DNA of 64,000 nucleotides from a virus (Duplodnaviria > Caudoviricetes), in the IMG/VR virus record IMGVR_UViG_3300020366_000001, positions 1-64,000 of that record. One strand, given 5' to 3'. The notes beneath the pieces are model-generated. The model made no database searches, was not told where the DNA came from, and saw only the letters and a list, made by a program, of their open reading frames with translations. Shown here in pieces: positions 29,276 to 37,747 of the stretch. The stretch's first letter is position 1. Each line of letters begins with the position of its first letter. The position numbers were made by a program, and so were the translations under genes.

Positions 29276-29561
29276 CTGATTCTCCGAATCGTTCAATGTA
29301 GTGGTCAATTAGTGGTTTCAGGGGAGTGGTGATGGTGAGGAATGCATCATCCTTAATCAAGAAACGTGACTCAGAAGACAAGGGTACCCAGTTCTCAAAG
29401 GTCACATTGGGATTATCTTTGTCTTCGGGATTAGGCATAATCCGCACAATTTGTGGAGAGCGAAGGATGTACCCAATGGGTTTCTGATCATCATCACGCA
29501 TCTCATACACGTCAGCGACAACATCTTCGCCGCTTTTCATTAAGACCAGTTGGATCGACAT
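29208..29561 (-). CDS. Hypothetical Sm-like beta protein
   Basis: LMKSGEDVVADV..WVPLS motif. Confidence 0.75.
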   Translation of the reverse strand: MSIQLVLMKSGEDVVADVYEMRDDDQKPIGYILRSPQIVRIMPNPEDKDNPNVTFENWVPLSSESRFLIKDDAFLTITTPLKPLIDHYIERFGESDDELANSNPEEGPSDPDAAGSD

Positions 29562-29583
29562 AGTAAATTCTTTTACGCTATAG

Positions 29584-29620
29584 ATTATAAATGGACCCCC
29601 CGACATTTGTCAAGGGGTCC
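29584..29620 (-). promoter_or_regulatory. Sigma70-like promoter embedded in a hairpin
   Basis: TTGACA-N18-TATAAT; GGACCCC/GGGGTCC stem. Confidence 0.65.
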
Positions 29621-29647
29621 AGTAATGGCACGCAGGAGGTGTATTAT

Positions 29648-30082
29648 TTAGAGGAAGTCCTTACGCTCAAAGTGTTCGGGAACAATCTTTTGTAGCGCAA
29701 TTGTCAGCAGACCATCTTCAAACGAAACAGAATCAACTCTCCAGTCTTCAGTCAGAGTCCAAGACCTAGTAAACGATCTCTGAGCAATTCCTTTATGAGA
29801 GTAGTTCTTATCCGTTTCACCATCTTCACGTTGCCCTTCCAGGAATAGTTTACCGTGTTCAGTGTAAACAAAGACCTGTTCTTTTTTAAATCCAGCGAGT
29901 GCAACTTCAATTACAGTTCTCACGTTGCTCTCGTGGACCACATTATAGGGGGGATAATTCTTTGTGGTTTCGTGCAATGCTCCCAGTCTATCGAACCAGT
30001 CTTCAGCACCGATTGAATGGCGAACAATCTTGTCCATCAGATCTGGTAGATCGGCAGCAGTATACCTGACGAGTCTGTCCAT
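29648..30082 (-). CDS. hsp20: Small heat shock protein
   Basis: NYPPYN, EVALAGF, HKGIAQRSFTRSW, DGLLTI. Confidence 0.95.
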   Translation of the reverse strand: MDRLVRYTAADLPDLMDKIVRHSIGAEDWFDRLGALHETTKNYPPYNVVHESNVRTVIEVALAGFKKEQVFVYTEHGKLFLEGQREDGETDKNYSHKGIAQRSFTRSWTLTEDWRVDSVSFEDGLLTIALQKIVPEHFERKDFL

Positions 30083-30165
30083 ATTCGTAGCTCCTTTGTT
30101 AAGCGAGTTTGTGTTGTGTGGATCCCGAAGGCATCCATTACTAATTATACAGGAAAGCATAAAGG

Positions 30166-30240
30166 AGGGGGGTACGGTGACCCCCCTTTTCGGTAGCGTT
30201 TTCCGAATGTAGCGTATCGCGCACGAATCGCGTTACACAG
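30166..30240. ncRNA. Candidate structured intergenic RNA (three hairpins)
   Basis: Stems 30167-72/30181-86, 30189-93/30203-07, 30208-15/30230-37. Confidence 0.4.
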
Positions 30241-30489
30241 TTATTTAGGAGGTTGCCACAATTTTGGACTGATTTTGCCATCAGATTGATCAAATCTAAC
30301 AAAATCTTTACCATACTTGTCCCAGTAATAGTCAAATAGATCGACAGTTTTAGTACACATTGCAATGTCGTACTTACGAAACCCACCCGACTTATACTCT
30401 ACAAGATATGCTGTGTAAGGAAGAGTAGGATCTTTTGCTTTATCAGGATCACAATCTTCGTGGAGGAGTCTTACTCTATTTTTTGCCAT
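30241..30489 (-). CDS. Conserved cyanophage hypothetical protein
   Basis: LPYTAYLVEY..FDYYWDKY. Confidence 0.75.
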   Translation of the reverse strand: MAKNRVRLLHEDCDPDKAKDPTLPYTAYLVEYKSGGFRKYDIAMCTKTVDLFDYYWDKYGKDFVRFDQSDGKISPKLWQPPK

Positions 30490-31317
30490 CTATTTTTTAG
30501 TAATGAATGCGCTTTGTCCTGCAGGTGGTAAGGTCAGTGCCAACATAGACACCAGAGAATAACGAACGTGATCGTCAGGATATTTAGAATGATCGTATAC
30601 TGCAGTATGGAAAATAGATCCCTTGTAACCAGAGACACTATTAAATGATGCAGGCACAACACCTTCTAAGTTATACACATCATCGCCTTGGAATGATACC
30701 CAATCATCAGGGACACCAGCACCGATACGATTGATGTCCATTGTACTAGAAATGGTTGACGGTGTGAGACCAGACTTCTTCTCCATATCTCTCACGTCCA
30801 TCCACTTCTGCCCCCTCACATTGATGGAGAACATAGCAGTTCCCTCACCCTCTACAAGGTCATCAGAAAGGAACAGGTTGAACGCAAAGTCACCTGGGTC
30901 AACGTGGGGTCTATAGTTACTGTCCATCGCCTTCATACCCTTCCAGAAGACGTTGCAGTAGCAACAGAAGTCTTGCCAGGCGATGTCCTTGGTATAAATT
31001 CTGTGGTGGAACAGCAGACTCCTGAGGTACAGAGCATAAGGTTGAACCCATTCATTAGCAATGGGTTGCTGCATACCAGGAGCACCTGTCTTATCAGGAA
31101 TCAGATTGTTGGTACCCGCAATGCAAGCAGACTCAATCAAAAAATTCCTAACATCGTAGGGATTCATTAACACATCTTCCACAATAATGTATTTGTATTG
31201 TGGAAAGTTAGGACTAATAGTTTCAATATACTCCTTACGGTTTGGATTTAACTCAAAGAGTTTTTCCAGTTTGTTTGGAGTGATGATCTTATGATCAAAA
31301 TCACTAAGACTAAGCAT
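30490..31317 (-). CDS. 2OG-Fe(II) oxygenase-like protein (DUF6445-like)
   Basis: PHVD, GEGTAMF, FHTA, RYS. Confidence 0.65.
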   Translation of the reverse strand: MLSLSDFDHKIITPNKLEKLFELNPNRKEYIETISPNFPQYKYIIVEDVLMNPYDVRNFLIESACIAGTNNLIPDKTGAPGMQQPIANEWVQPYALYLRSLLFHHRIYTKDIAWQDFCCYCNVFWKGMKAMDSNYRPHVDPGDFAFNLFLSDDLVEGEGTAMFSINVRGQKWMDVRDMEKKSGLTPSTISSTMDINRIGAGVPDDWVSFQGDDVYNLEGVVPASFNSVSGYKGSIFHTAVYDHSKYPDDHVRYSLVSMLALTLPPAGQSAFITKK

Positions 31318-31319
31318 AA

Positions 31320-31742
31320 TTAAGTTTCAGTAGTTTTCCTCTTCCCGATGTTGTACTTAGATTCGAGAATCCACTCGTTCTTTTCTTTGAAAGCAAGAAC
31401 TTTAATCTGATTCAAAGGAGCAATGTTTTCAATTTGCTCAGGACTAACAATAGAAAGCAATCCCCAGTCGGATAACAACTGAGCAATTCTATTTCTACGT
31501 TGAACATCATTGATACTCAAATTTGTTTGCTTCCCATCGAGAGCAAACAACTCTTTGAAGTGCACGATGTAATACTTACCACGCTTATGCAGAATGTGGC
31601 AAGATTGATAGATCTTTTTCTCTTTGCGTGAGGCGACGCCAATACGTGTCAAAGTTTCACGAACCTTCAGAAAATCATCAGGTTCTTTAAGAGCAACTTC
31701 GACCATCTGTTGCTCATCCCATTGTACAAATTCTTCGCTCAT
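31320..31742 (-). CDS. regA: Translational repressor RegA
   Basis: DDFLKVRETLTRIG, QSCHILHK.G.YYIVHFKE. Confidence 0.97.
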   Translation of the reverse strand: MSEEFVQWDEQQMVEVALKEPDDFLKVRETLTRIGVASRKEKKIYQSCHILHKRGKYYIVHFKELFALDGKQTNLSINDVQRRNRIAQLLSDWGLLSIVSPEQIENIAPLNQIKVLAFKEKNEWILESKYNIGKRKTTET

Positions 31743-32113
31743 TTACTACCACCAGTATCGGTTAACGATCGTATCTCAGCAATCTGAGAAGTGGTCAAAA
31801 CCGCTAGTGCTTGCCTTGCTTTCTCATTACTATAACCGTAGTAACGTTTAACAATTTCAAGATCATCAAGTTTTGACTGTTTCAACCAAGGAGAAAATCT
31901 TTTCCTAGGTCGTAAAGTATTTATGTAGTAGTCATACTGCATCTTTTTATCGAGATGATGATTGGCATTCATCTCATTCGCGTGCAGCACTGCATCAATG
32001 TGACTAGACAGACACTTATTGATTACAAATGGCGGATAGTTTTTATGGTCGTCTGGATCCCAGATGTCTTTTTTAGACTGGTTAATGGAATACAGGTAGT
32101 CTTTGAGTTCCAA
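31739..32113 (-). CDS. g62: Clamp loader small subunit gp62
   Basis: YPPFVIN, QYDYYIN, RFSPW, YYGYSNEKA; adjacent to regA. Confidence 0.92.
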   Translation of the reverse strand: MELKDYLYSINQSKKDIWDPDDHKNYPPFVINKCLSSHIDAVLHANEMNANHHLDKKMQYDYYINTLRPRKRFSPWLKQSKLDDLEIVKRYYGYSNEKARQALAVLTTSQIAEIRSLTDTGGSK

Positions 32114-32256
32114 TGTCGAATCACTCCACTAATAATAAAAAGGTTAGTAACCAAGTAAGACACAAAAATAAGGGTGCGTATGCCAGCGATAGTATCAGCC
32201 TCTCGGTCTGTGCGTCCATACTTCTCACCTAATGCCTTAGCCCAGATTCGCCACAT
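32023..32256 (-). CDS. Small membrane protein
   Basis: MWRIWAKALGEK..IRT.IF..Y..TN.FII.GVIRHW. Confidence 0.65.
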   Translation of the reverse strand: MWRIWAKALGEKYGRTDREADTIAGIRTLIFVSYLVTNLFIISGVIRHWNSKTTCIPLTSLKKTSGIQTTIKTIRHL

Positions 32257-32592
32257 TCACAGTTTTCCACCCACAACACCATCGAACACTGCTTGTTCAC
32301 CATCATAACCATCTTCTGCCCACTTCAGATGCCAGTAGGTCATCTCAATGACAGCATCTTTATCCAGACCAGTGAGGACAGTCTTACCCGTAGGGGTAAT
32401 CTCACTGACACTGCTAGTCAATCCGAATCGTGTTTTGAAAAAGCGAACCTGTCCAAGACGTTCTTCACCTTCGTAGTATGCCCAGTTAGTAATCCACGTG
32501 GCACCAAAAGGAAGTTTAAAACTAGAAGGTTCTGACTGGACCGAAGACTGTTCGACCTGAGGAATTGAATCGATAGATTTGAGTTTTTCCAT
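32257..32592 (-). CDS. Hypothetical protein
   Basis: ORF ending GVVGGKL; start uncertain. Confidence 0.65.
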   Translation of the reverse strand: MEKLKSIDSIPQVEQSSVQSEPSSFKLPFGATWITNWAYYEGEERLGQVRFFKTRFGLTSSVSEITPTGKTVLTGLDKDAVIEMTYWHLKWAEDGYDGEQAVFDGVVGGKL

Positions 32593-32728
32593 TAGTTAAA
32601 GTAACAACAACTTCATTTCCCTGCAGCATAGCTGTTGCTACATCTACACCGAATGTTTGGATAACACCAGCAGCAGTGTCCACGATTTGAGCACGACCGC
32701 CTTGAGCGCGAGCAATAATGTTACCCAT
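32522..32728 (-). CDS. Small beta-rich hypothetical protein
   Basis: ORF coupled to the dam stop. Confidence 0.65.
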   Translation of the reverse strand: MGNIIARAQGGRAQIVDTAAGVIQTFGVDVATAMLQGNEVVVTLTNGKTQIYRFNSSGRTVFGPVRTF

Positions 32729-33588
32729 TATTTGTACCACTGTTTACTACTATTATCTATACTGTAATTACAGAGCAATAATTCCTTACGCTTATCCTGA
32801 TCAGCACCATAGGATCCAGTGGAACGCATCGTGTACGTCAGATCCCATTTAAGTTTGCCAAAGTTAGGATACAGTTGCTCAACTTCAGGACAACTGTTGT
32901 AAGTAATCATTGTCTTACCTTCAAAAGGATTGATGATGTCTGCCATCCGTTGATGGTCAAAAGACTTATGGATATCTCCTTTCTTACCGTAGAGATTATC
33001 TTTGATGAGATACGGAGGATCTAGAAAGTTGAATGCTTTCTCATCGATCGTATTCTCATAATCCTTATTCTTGATAATCCACTTGCGAATCAACTGGTGA
33101 TAGTAAGTCAGCGAGTTGATTCCGTTGAGCGAGAAATTCTGTCGCGATGCTTGCTTAGAAAAAGACGAAGCTTCCGAGAGACCAGAGAAGGAGCATTTGT
33201 TGCAAATGTAAAAATTGACTGCAGTGTTGTAAATGCTGGTGGTATCATTTAGTGCTTCCTTTGCTCTAAGAAATGCTTCCTTGTGCTGCTTATCCTTGTC
33301 GTCCTGCTCTTCGTGCCTATCGCAGAAGACCTTGATCTGATGCAGGTGATCCTGCAGGGTAGGTCCAAGGTCCCTCAGGACGATCCAGAAGGCATACAGA
33401 GGGTAGTAGAGGTCGCTCACGACCACATTCATATCAGGGTTTGCCTTGGTGACAGCAATCGCCATAGAACCACCACCGAGAAAGGGTTCCACATAGGAAT
33501 CATACTTCTCAGGAATATAGTCCCACAGGAACTTAGTAGCACGTGACTTGCCACCAGGATACCTGAGAGGAGTTTTGTACTTTTTCAT
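32728..33588 (-). CDS. dam: DNA adenine methyltransferase (D12/Dam class)
   Basis: LRYPGGKS, EPFLGGGS, FLDPPY. Confidence 0.92.
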   Translation of the reverse strand: MKKYKTPLRYPGGKSRATKFLWDYIPEKYDSYVEPFLGGGSMAIAVTKANPDMNVVVSDLYYPLYAFWIVLRDLGPTLQDHLHQIKVFCDRHEEQDDKDKQHKEAFLRAKEALNDTTSIYNTAVNFYICNKCSFSGLSEASSFSKQASRQNFSLNGINSLTYYHQLIRKWIIKNKDYENTIDEKAFNFLDPPYLIKDNLYGKKGDIHKSFDHQRMADIINPFEGKTMITYNSCPEVEQLYPNFGKLKWDLTYTMRSTGSYGADQDKRKELLLCNYSIDNSSKQWYK

Positions 33589-34388
33589 AACAAAGGGATA
33601 GGTACCAATTTGGTATTGAAGATGTCAACGTTACGTTCAAACACAGGGTACGCTTGGCATACTCCCATCTCTGACGTGCAGTCTTCCATCGCCAACCAGT
33701 TCAGATCATCTATAATATCATATCCAATGCTAACCCGCCACCCTTTATAAGGATGCGGAATGACCCGATGCAGCAGTGGACCAGGACCGATGTAGTGCAA
33801 CCCTTGAGAATTAGGAATCCTCAAAGTAATATCAGTATCGTTTAATGGGTGTTGAGTTCTATCCTCATTCTTAAGATACCAAGTTGTGATATCATCTCTC
33901 TCCTCATTTGAGGTTGGAATTCTATCAGCAAAGATAGTATCTGTGGGACGATCACTGAGGTGAACAAATCCGTGGTAACGACAGTAACTATGGTTGTGCC
34001 AACCAAGAGAAAGTTTACCAAGATCTTCGTATCTGTGTACGTTCAACCAAGCGTGAATCCACAGAGGTTGCTTCTTCAGTTCTGGATGACTTCTAATCTG
34101 CTTAAACAATTGCATCCACAGATTATAGAAGTGAGGCATAGTAGATGACAGAGTAATAATGTTATAAGCATTCTTACTCAAAGTCATATCCCAGTCTTCC
34201 TCCTTCACATTCTTTCCAGACATTGCCTGCAAAGACATTGGTAGGATTCCTGCTTTCCAGAGACCATAACACGTACGTGCTTCAGTCAATAGACCTTCCC
34301 AATCGCAGCGAACGTAATCCTGCTGTGTAAGATCTAAAAGATTCTTGCAACTATAGTGTCTTTCTCTCGCGATTCCTTCTGGTTTCAT
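33585..34388 (-). CDS. 2OG-Fe(II) oxygenase-like protein
   Basis: AWLN..LGWHNH, HGFV, LHRV, RVSIGYD. Confidence 0.65.
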   Translation of the reverse strand: MKPEGIARERHYSCKNLLDLTQQDYVRCDWEGLLTEARTCYGLWKAGILPMSLQAMSGKNVKEEDWDMTLSKNAYNIITLSSTMPHFYNLWMQLFKQIRSHPELKKQPLWIHAWLNVHRYEDLGKLSLGWHNHSYCRYHGFVHLSDRPTDTIFADRIPTSNEERDDITTWYLKNEDRTQHPLNDTDITLRIPNSQGLHYIGPGPLLHRVIPHPYKGWRVSIGYDIIDDLNWLAMEDCTSEMGVCQAYPVFERNVDIFNTKLVPIPLL

Positions 34389-34491
34389 TGATGTACTTGT
34401 ATTGTCGTTCGGGTTCGTCTTTAAGACGTTCTAGCATTTCCTCCATCATAATAGATTTAGGATCTTTTTCTAAGAAATCTAAGAGACTCAT
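34351..34491 (-). CDS. Small hypothetical protein (46 aa)
   Basis: Manual translation MSLLDFLEKDPKSIMMEEML...; ATG overlaps the g44 stop. Confidence 0.5.
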   Translation of the reverse strand: MSLLDFLEKDPKSIMMEEMLERLKDEPERQYKYINETRRNRERKTL

Positions 34492-35432
34492 TCTTTGAAC
34501 TGACACTCAACCATAATCTGTGTGAGACAAGCAAGGATATTAATTTCCTGGTCCGCAACAAACGCAGATTTATATTGATACTCAGCAATGATAAGAACCA
34601 ACTGAGGAATAGACTGACCAACTAGTTCTTGACTCAGAACTTCATAGACCTTACGGAAGATAACGTTAGGATCATTATCTAGATTCTCAACCACCCAGGT
34701 TCGGACAGTATTGAATTCTTTTCGCTTGACTGCTTTAGTCAGTGCAGAAATATCAAGGTCAGCAATATCAGCAAGGATACCACTATCAACTTGACCACTA
34801 GCAGAGTGACGCTGCAGTTCGTTAAGAGTGCGACGCCAATCGGGATAGTGCTTCTGAACAAGTTTGACGATAACTTTGTCATCAGCAGCAACACCATTCT
34901 CCTTCAGGATCTGACGGAGACGCAAGAAGAACTGACCTTGCAGTTCCATCTTCTCAGTTTTCTTGACAGTAAAATCAAAGACTGAACAGCGAGACTGCAG
35001 TGGTTGAATGATCTTGTTCTTGTAATTACAAGTAAAGATAAACCGACAGTTGTTTTGATATTCTTCAATAGCAGCACGAAGTTGTGACTGTACATCAACA
35101 GTCATATTGTCTGCCTCATCAATGATGACGCACTTGTGCTTACTACCTGTCAGCGAGATTGTACTTGCAAAGGTCTTGACCCTGGTTCGTACCGTATCAA
35201 GATACCTCCCTTCGTCACTACCATTGATAACAATGCTGCTGACACCCAACTCATCACAAAGAGCTCTGGCAATCGTAGTCTTACCCACTCCCGCAGGTCC
35301 CGACAAGAGAAGGTTTGGAAATTCACCTGCATCTACAAATTCCTGAAATGTTTTTTTAAGAGAGGTAGGAAGAATACAGTCTGCAACTTTCTGCGGTCGG
35401 TATTCTTCTACCCAAAGAAATTTCCTGTTCAA
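34488..35432 (-). CDS. g44: Clamp loader ATPase gp44
   Basis: WVEEYRP, GPAGVGKT, IIDEAD, LQSRC. Confidence 0.96.
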   Translation of the reverse strand: MNRKFLWVEEYRPQKVADCILPTSLKKTFQEFVDAGEFPNLLLSGPAGVGKTTIARALCDELGVSSIVINGSDEGRYLDTVRTRVKTFASTISLTGSKHKCVIIDEADNMTVDVQSQLRAAIEEYQNNCRFIFTCNYKNKIIQPLQSRCSVFDFTVKKTEKMELQGQFFLRLRQILKENGVAADDKVIVKLVQKHYPDWRRTLNELQRHSASGQVDSGILADIADLDISALTKAVKRKEFNTVRTWVVENLDNDPNVIFRKVYEVLSQELVGQSIPQLVLIIAEYQYKSAFVADQEINILACLTQIMVECQFKE

Positions 35433-36100
35433 GGTTCAAGTGCGATGTAATAGGTCAGAGGAAGTTCAGAGTGATTCCACTCAGAGATCAGTCGCGAAGA
35501 AACACTGACTTTGTAGTCACCTTCGTAGACTCGCAGGTTTTCCACCTTAAAGTCCAGGGAGTATTCATCGTCGGCGTTACCAGACACCACTTGATCATAC
35601 TTGTTTGAGGTTTCGTCTTCCTTGTCTCGTACTTGAAGAGTGACATTATCTTGCTCACTAACAACAGTAAAGTCAGGCAAACCATAGACAGCGGCAGCTT
35701 TGGTAAGAGAGTAAAGACTGTCGTGAGTAACTTCAAAATTGATATTACCGCCAGGGAATTTGATGTCACGATCAGGTGCTGCCTTCATAGTAATCTCAGG
35801 ATCACTGAAGTAATACTTGACGCGACGACCACGATTAGAGTCACGGATAGTGACGTAGTTTGGATTATCGAAATGCAAAACAGGATTGTCGAAAAGACTC
35901 AGACCAGCAATGAACTGGTTGAGATCATAGATCGCAAAATCCTGAGGGAAACTCTCATCCACAGTAGCACGTGCAAAGATGTTCTCTGCATTACTGATAG
36001 TGCGAAGAGTGTTACCCGCTTTCACCACAATACTGGTGTTGATAGTAGCAAAGTTTTTCAGAATAGAAAGAGTTTGCTTGGAGAGGGTAACGACGTTCAT
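35429..36100 (-). CDS. g45: Sliding clamp gp45
   Basis: LKNFATIN, FAIYDL..F, YYIALE. Confidence 0.95.
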   Translation of the reverse strand: MNVVTLSKQTLSILKNFATINTSIVVKAGNTLRTISNAENIFARATVDESFPQDFAIYDLNQFIAGLSLFDNPVLHFDNPNYVTIRDSNRGRRVKYYFSDPEITMKAAPDRDIKFPGGNINFEVTHDSLYSLTKAAAVYGLPDFTVVSEQDNVTLQVRDKEDETSNKYDQVVSGNADDEYSLDFKVENLRVYEGDYKVSVSSRLISEWNHSELPLTYYIALEP

Positions 36101-36381
36101 TGAGGATATGTGTCAGGAGGAGTAGAATTTTTATCGTTGAAATGCATTAGCAACACAGCATAATGCAGGATTTTCATAATGTCTCGTCGGGCAGTTCCTT
36201 TCCTATCATATCGAGACGCATACTTAAGGATGTTACTACGGCAGAAAGACTCACCATCTCCACACGCTTCGATCAAATCAAGAGTTTGGATAGAGTCATC
36301 ACCTTGTGAGTAATGCTGACCATAGGTGCTAGTAATGTATTCTCGGAGTTCTCCAAGAATACGATCTTCACTGTACTTCAT
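36097..36381 (-). CDS. DUF3310-like small protein
   Basis: HYS..IQTLDLI..FCRSNILKYASRY..K..D..K..HY. Confidence 0.7.
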   Translation of the reverse strand: MKYSEDRILGELREYITSTYGQHYSQGDDSIQTLDLIEACGDGESFCRSNILKYASRYDRKGTARRDIMKILHYAVLLMHFNDKNSTPPDTYPQ

Positions 36382-36640
36382 TATCAGATGGGGGTTTAGA
36401 GGATTCAAAAGGACGGCGAGTTGCATTCTCAATGACAATGAATGCTTCTTTGTTGTACTTACGTGTACCTTTAGGGGATTGCCATTTTTTGTTGTAGTCC
36501 TCGCCTACATCGATACCACTTACACAAGTGCCACCGATTTTAACAACGATCTCATCAGAGTTATCCCAGTTTAGTTCTTGGAGGGCAACTCCCAGTTGCC
36601 CTAACCATCCACCGCTTGCCATAACAGAATCGTTTTCCAT
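36368..36640 (-). CDS. Hypothetical protein
   Basis: ORF in the operon. Confidence 0.7.
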   Translation of the reverse strand: MENDSVMASGGWLGQLGVALQELNWDNSDEIVVKIGGTCVSGIDVGEDYNKKWQSPKGTRKYNKEAFIVIENATRRPFESSKPPSDNEVQ

Positions 36641-36646
36641 AGTATA

Positions 36647-37678
36647 TCACACGTTCTCGGGAGTTTCAACTTTGTCGTCGATCTTGGTGTACAAGTCCAG
36701 GAAAGATGCCTTAGTCTCATCATCGAAACGATTCAGGCACAACTGCAGTGCTTCCATACGATCATTGAAGATGTCATAAGCACGAACAATGTGGACAAGA
36801 CGACGGGTGCTGATGATCTCATCGATGCCACCTTCAAAGAAAGTCTTGCGGATGATGTCTGCCCAGTCTGCAAGTCTGTTAACAAACTCAGTGTCCTTAC
36901 AAAGTTTGGAAAGGATCTTTGCTTCAGTAACAGCAGAAGGATACTCCTGCTCAAAGGTCACTGGGAACCGCTCAAGGAATGCTTCGTTGAGCACATTAGT
37001 TCCGATGAATCGTCCGTCTTCTGAACCTTTGCCTTTGGTGTTGGCGGTTGCGAATACGTTGAAACCTTCTGCGGGCGTAACGTATTTGCCAATCTTCTTG
37101 AGGAAAACTCCTTTTCCTTCGAGAATAGATTGAAGACAGAGGATTTTGTTTGAGGCGAGGTCGATTTCGTCAAGGAGCAGCACAGCACCCCGCTGCAGGG
37201 CTTCAATGACGGGTCCGTTGTGCCAAACAGTTTCGCCATTAACCAGGCGGAAACCACCAATAAGGTCATCTTCGTCAGTCTCGATTGTAATGTTTACACG
37301 AATGAGTTCACGCTTGAGTTGAGCACACGCTTGCTCTACGCTGAAGGTCTTACCATTACCAGACAGTCCAGTGATGAAAGTAGGATAGAAAGTACCAGAC
37401 TTGACAATCTTCTTAACTCGATTGAAGTTACCGAACTGGACAAAGTTAGGATCAACAGCAGGAACTGCGCTCACCATTTCAGTGAAAGATTCCTCCAGTT
37501 GTTGACGTGCTTCCTGCACGGTCAGATCCCAGGTACCACGCTTGACTTTGAAGTTCTCAAGTTTACGAGTGACAGTGGGATATGAGATACCCTCTTCACG
37601 AGCATATCGCTTGACTTCAGTAGCAGTAATGTTGTTGCCGAATCGGTCGCGGAGATCGTTGACGACTTTGGAGGACAT
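36647..37678 (-). CDS. cobS: CobS-like / MoxR-type AAA+ ATPase
   Basis: GLSGNGKT, LLLDEID, ATANTKG, NEAFLERF, STRRL. Confidence 0.9.
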   Translation of the reverse strand: MSSKVVNDLRDRFGNNITATEVKRYAREEGISYPTVTRKLENFKVKRGTWDLTVQEARQQLEESFTEMVSAVPAVDPNFVQFGNFNRVKKIVKSGTFYPTFITGLSGNGKTFSVEQACAQLKRELIRVNITIETDEDDLIGGFRLVNGETVWHNGPVIEALQRGAVLLLDEIDLASNKILCLQSILEGKGVFLKKIGKYVTPAEGFNVFATANTKGKGSEDGRFIGTNVLNEAFLERFPVTFEQEYPSAVTEAKILSKLCKDTEFVNRLADWADIIRKTFFEGGIDEIISTRRLVHIVRAYDIFNDRMEALQLCLNRFDDETKASFLDLYTKIDDKVETPENV

Positions 37679-37700
37679 TGGGTTTGTTTCGTATGTACGT

Positions 37701-37745
37701 ATTATAGTGGCAAAGAGGGGGGAGGGACACCCCCCGTAGACAGTT
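37701..37745 (-). promoter_or_regulatory. Promoter AACTGTCTAC-N29-TATAAT
   Basis: Same architecture as 39883-39927. Confidence 0.65.
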
Positions 37746-37747
37746 GA

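Noticed and set aside
21652-33588. Restriction-modification pair formed by the nuclease-like gene and dam
   Set aside because: About 10 kb apart and in different apparent expression classes; solitary dam is common in T4-like phages
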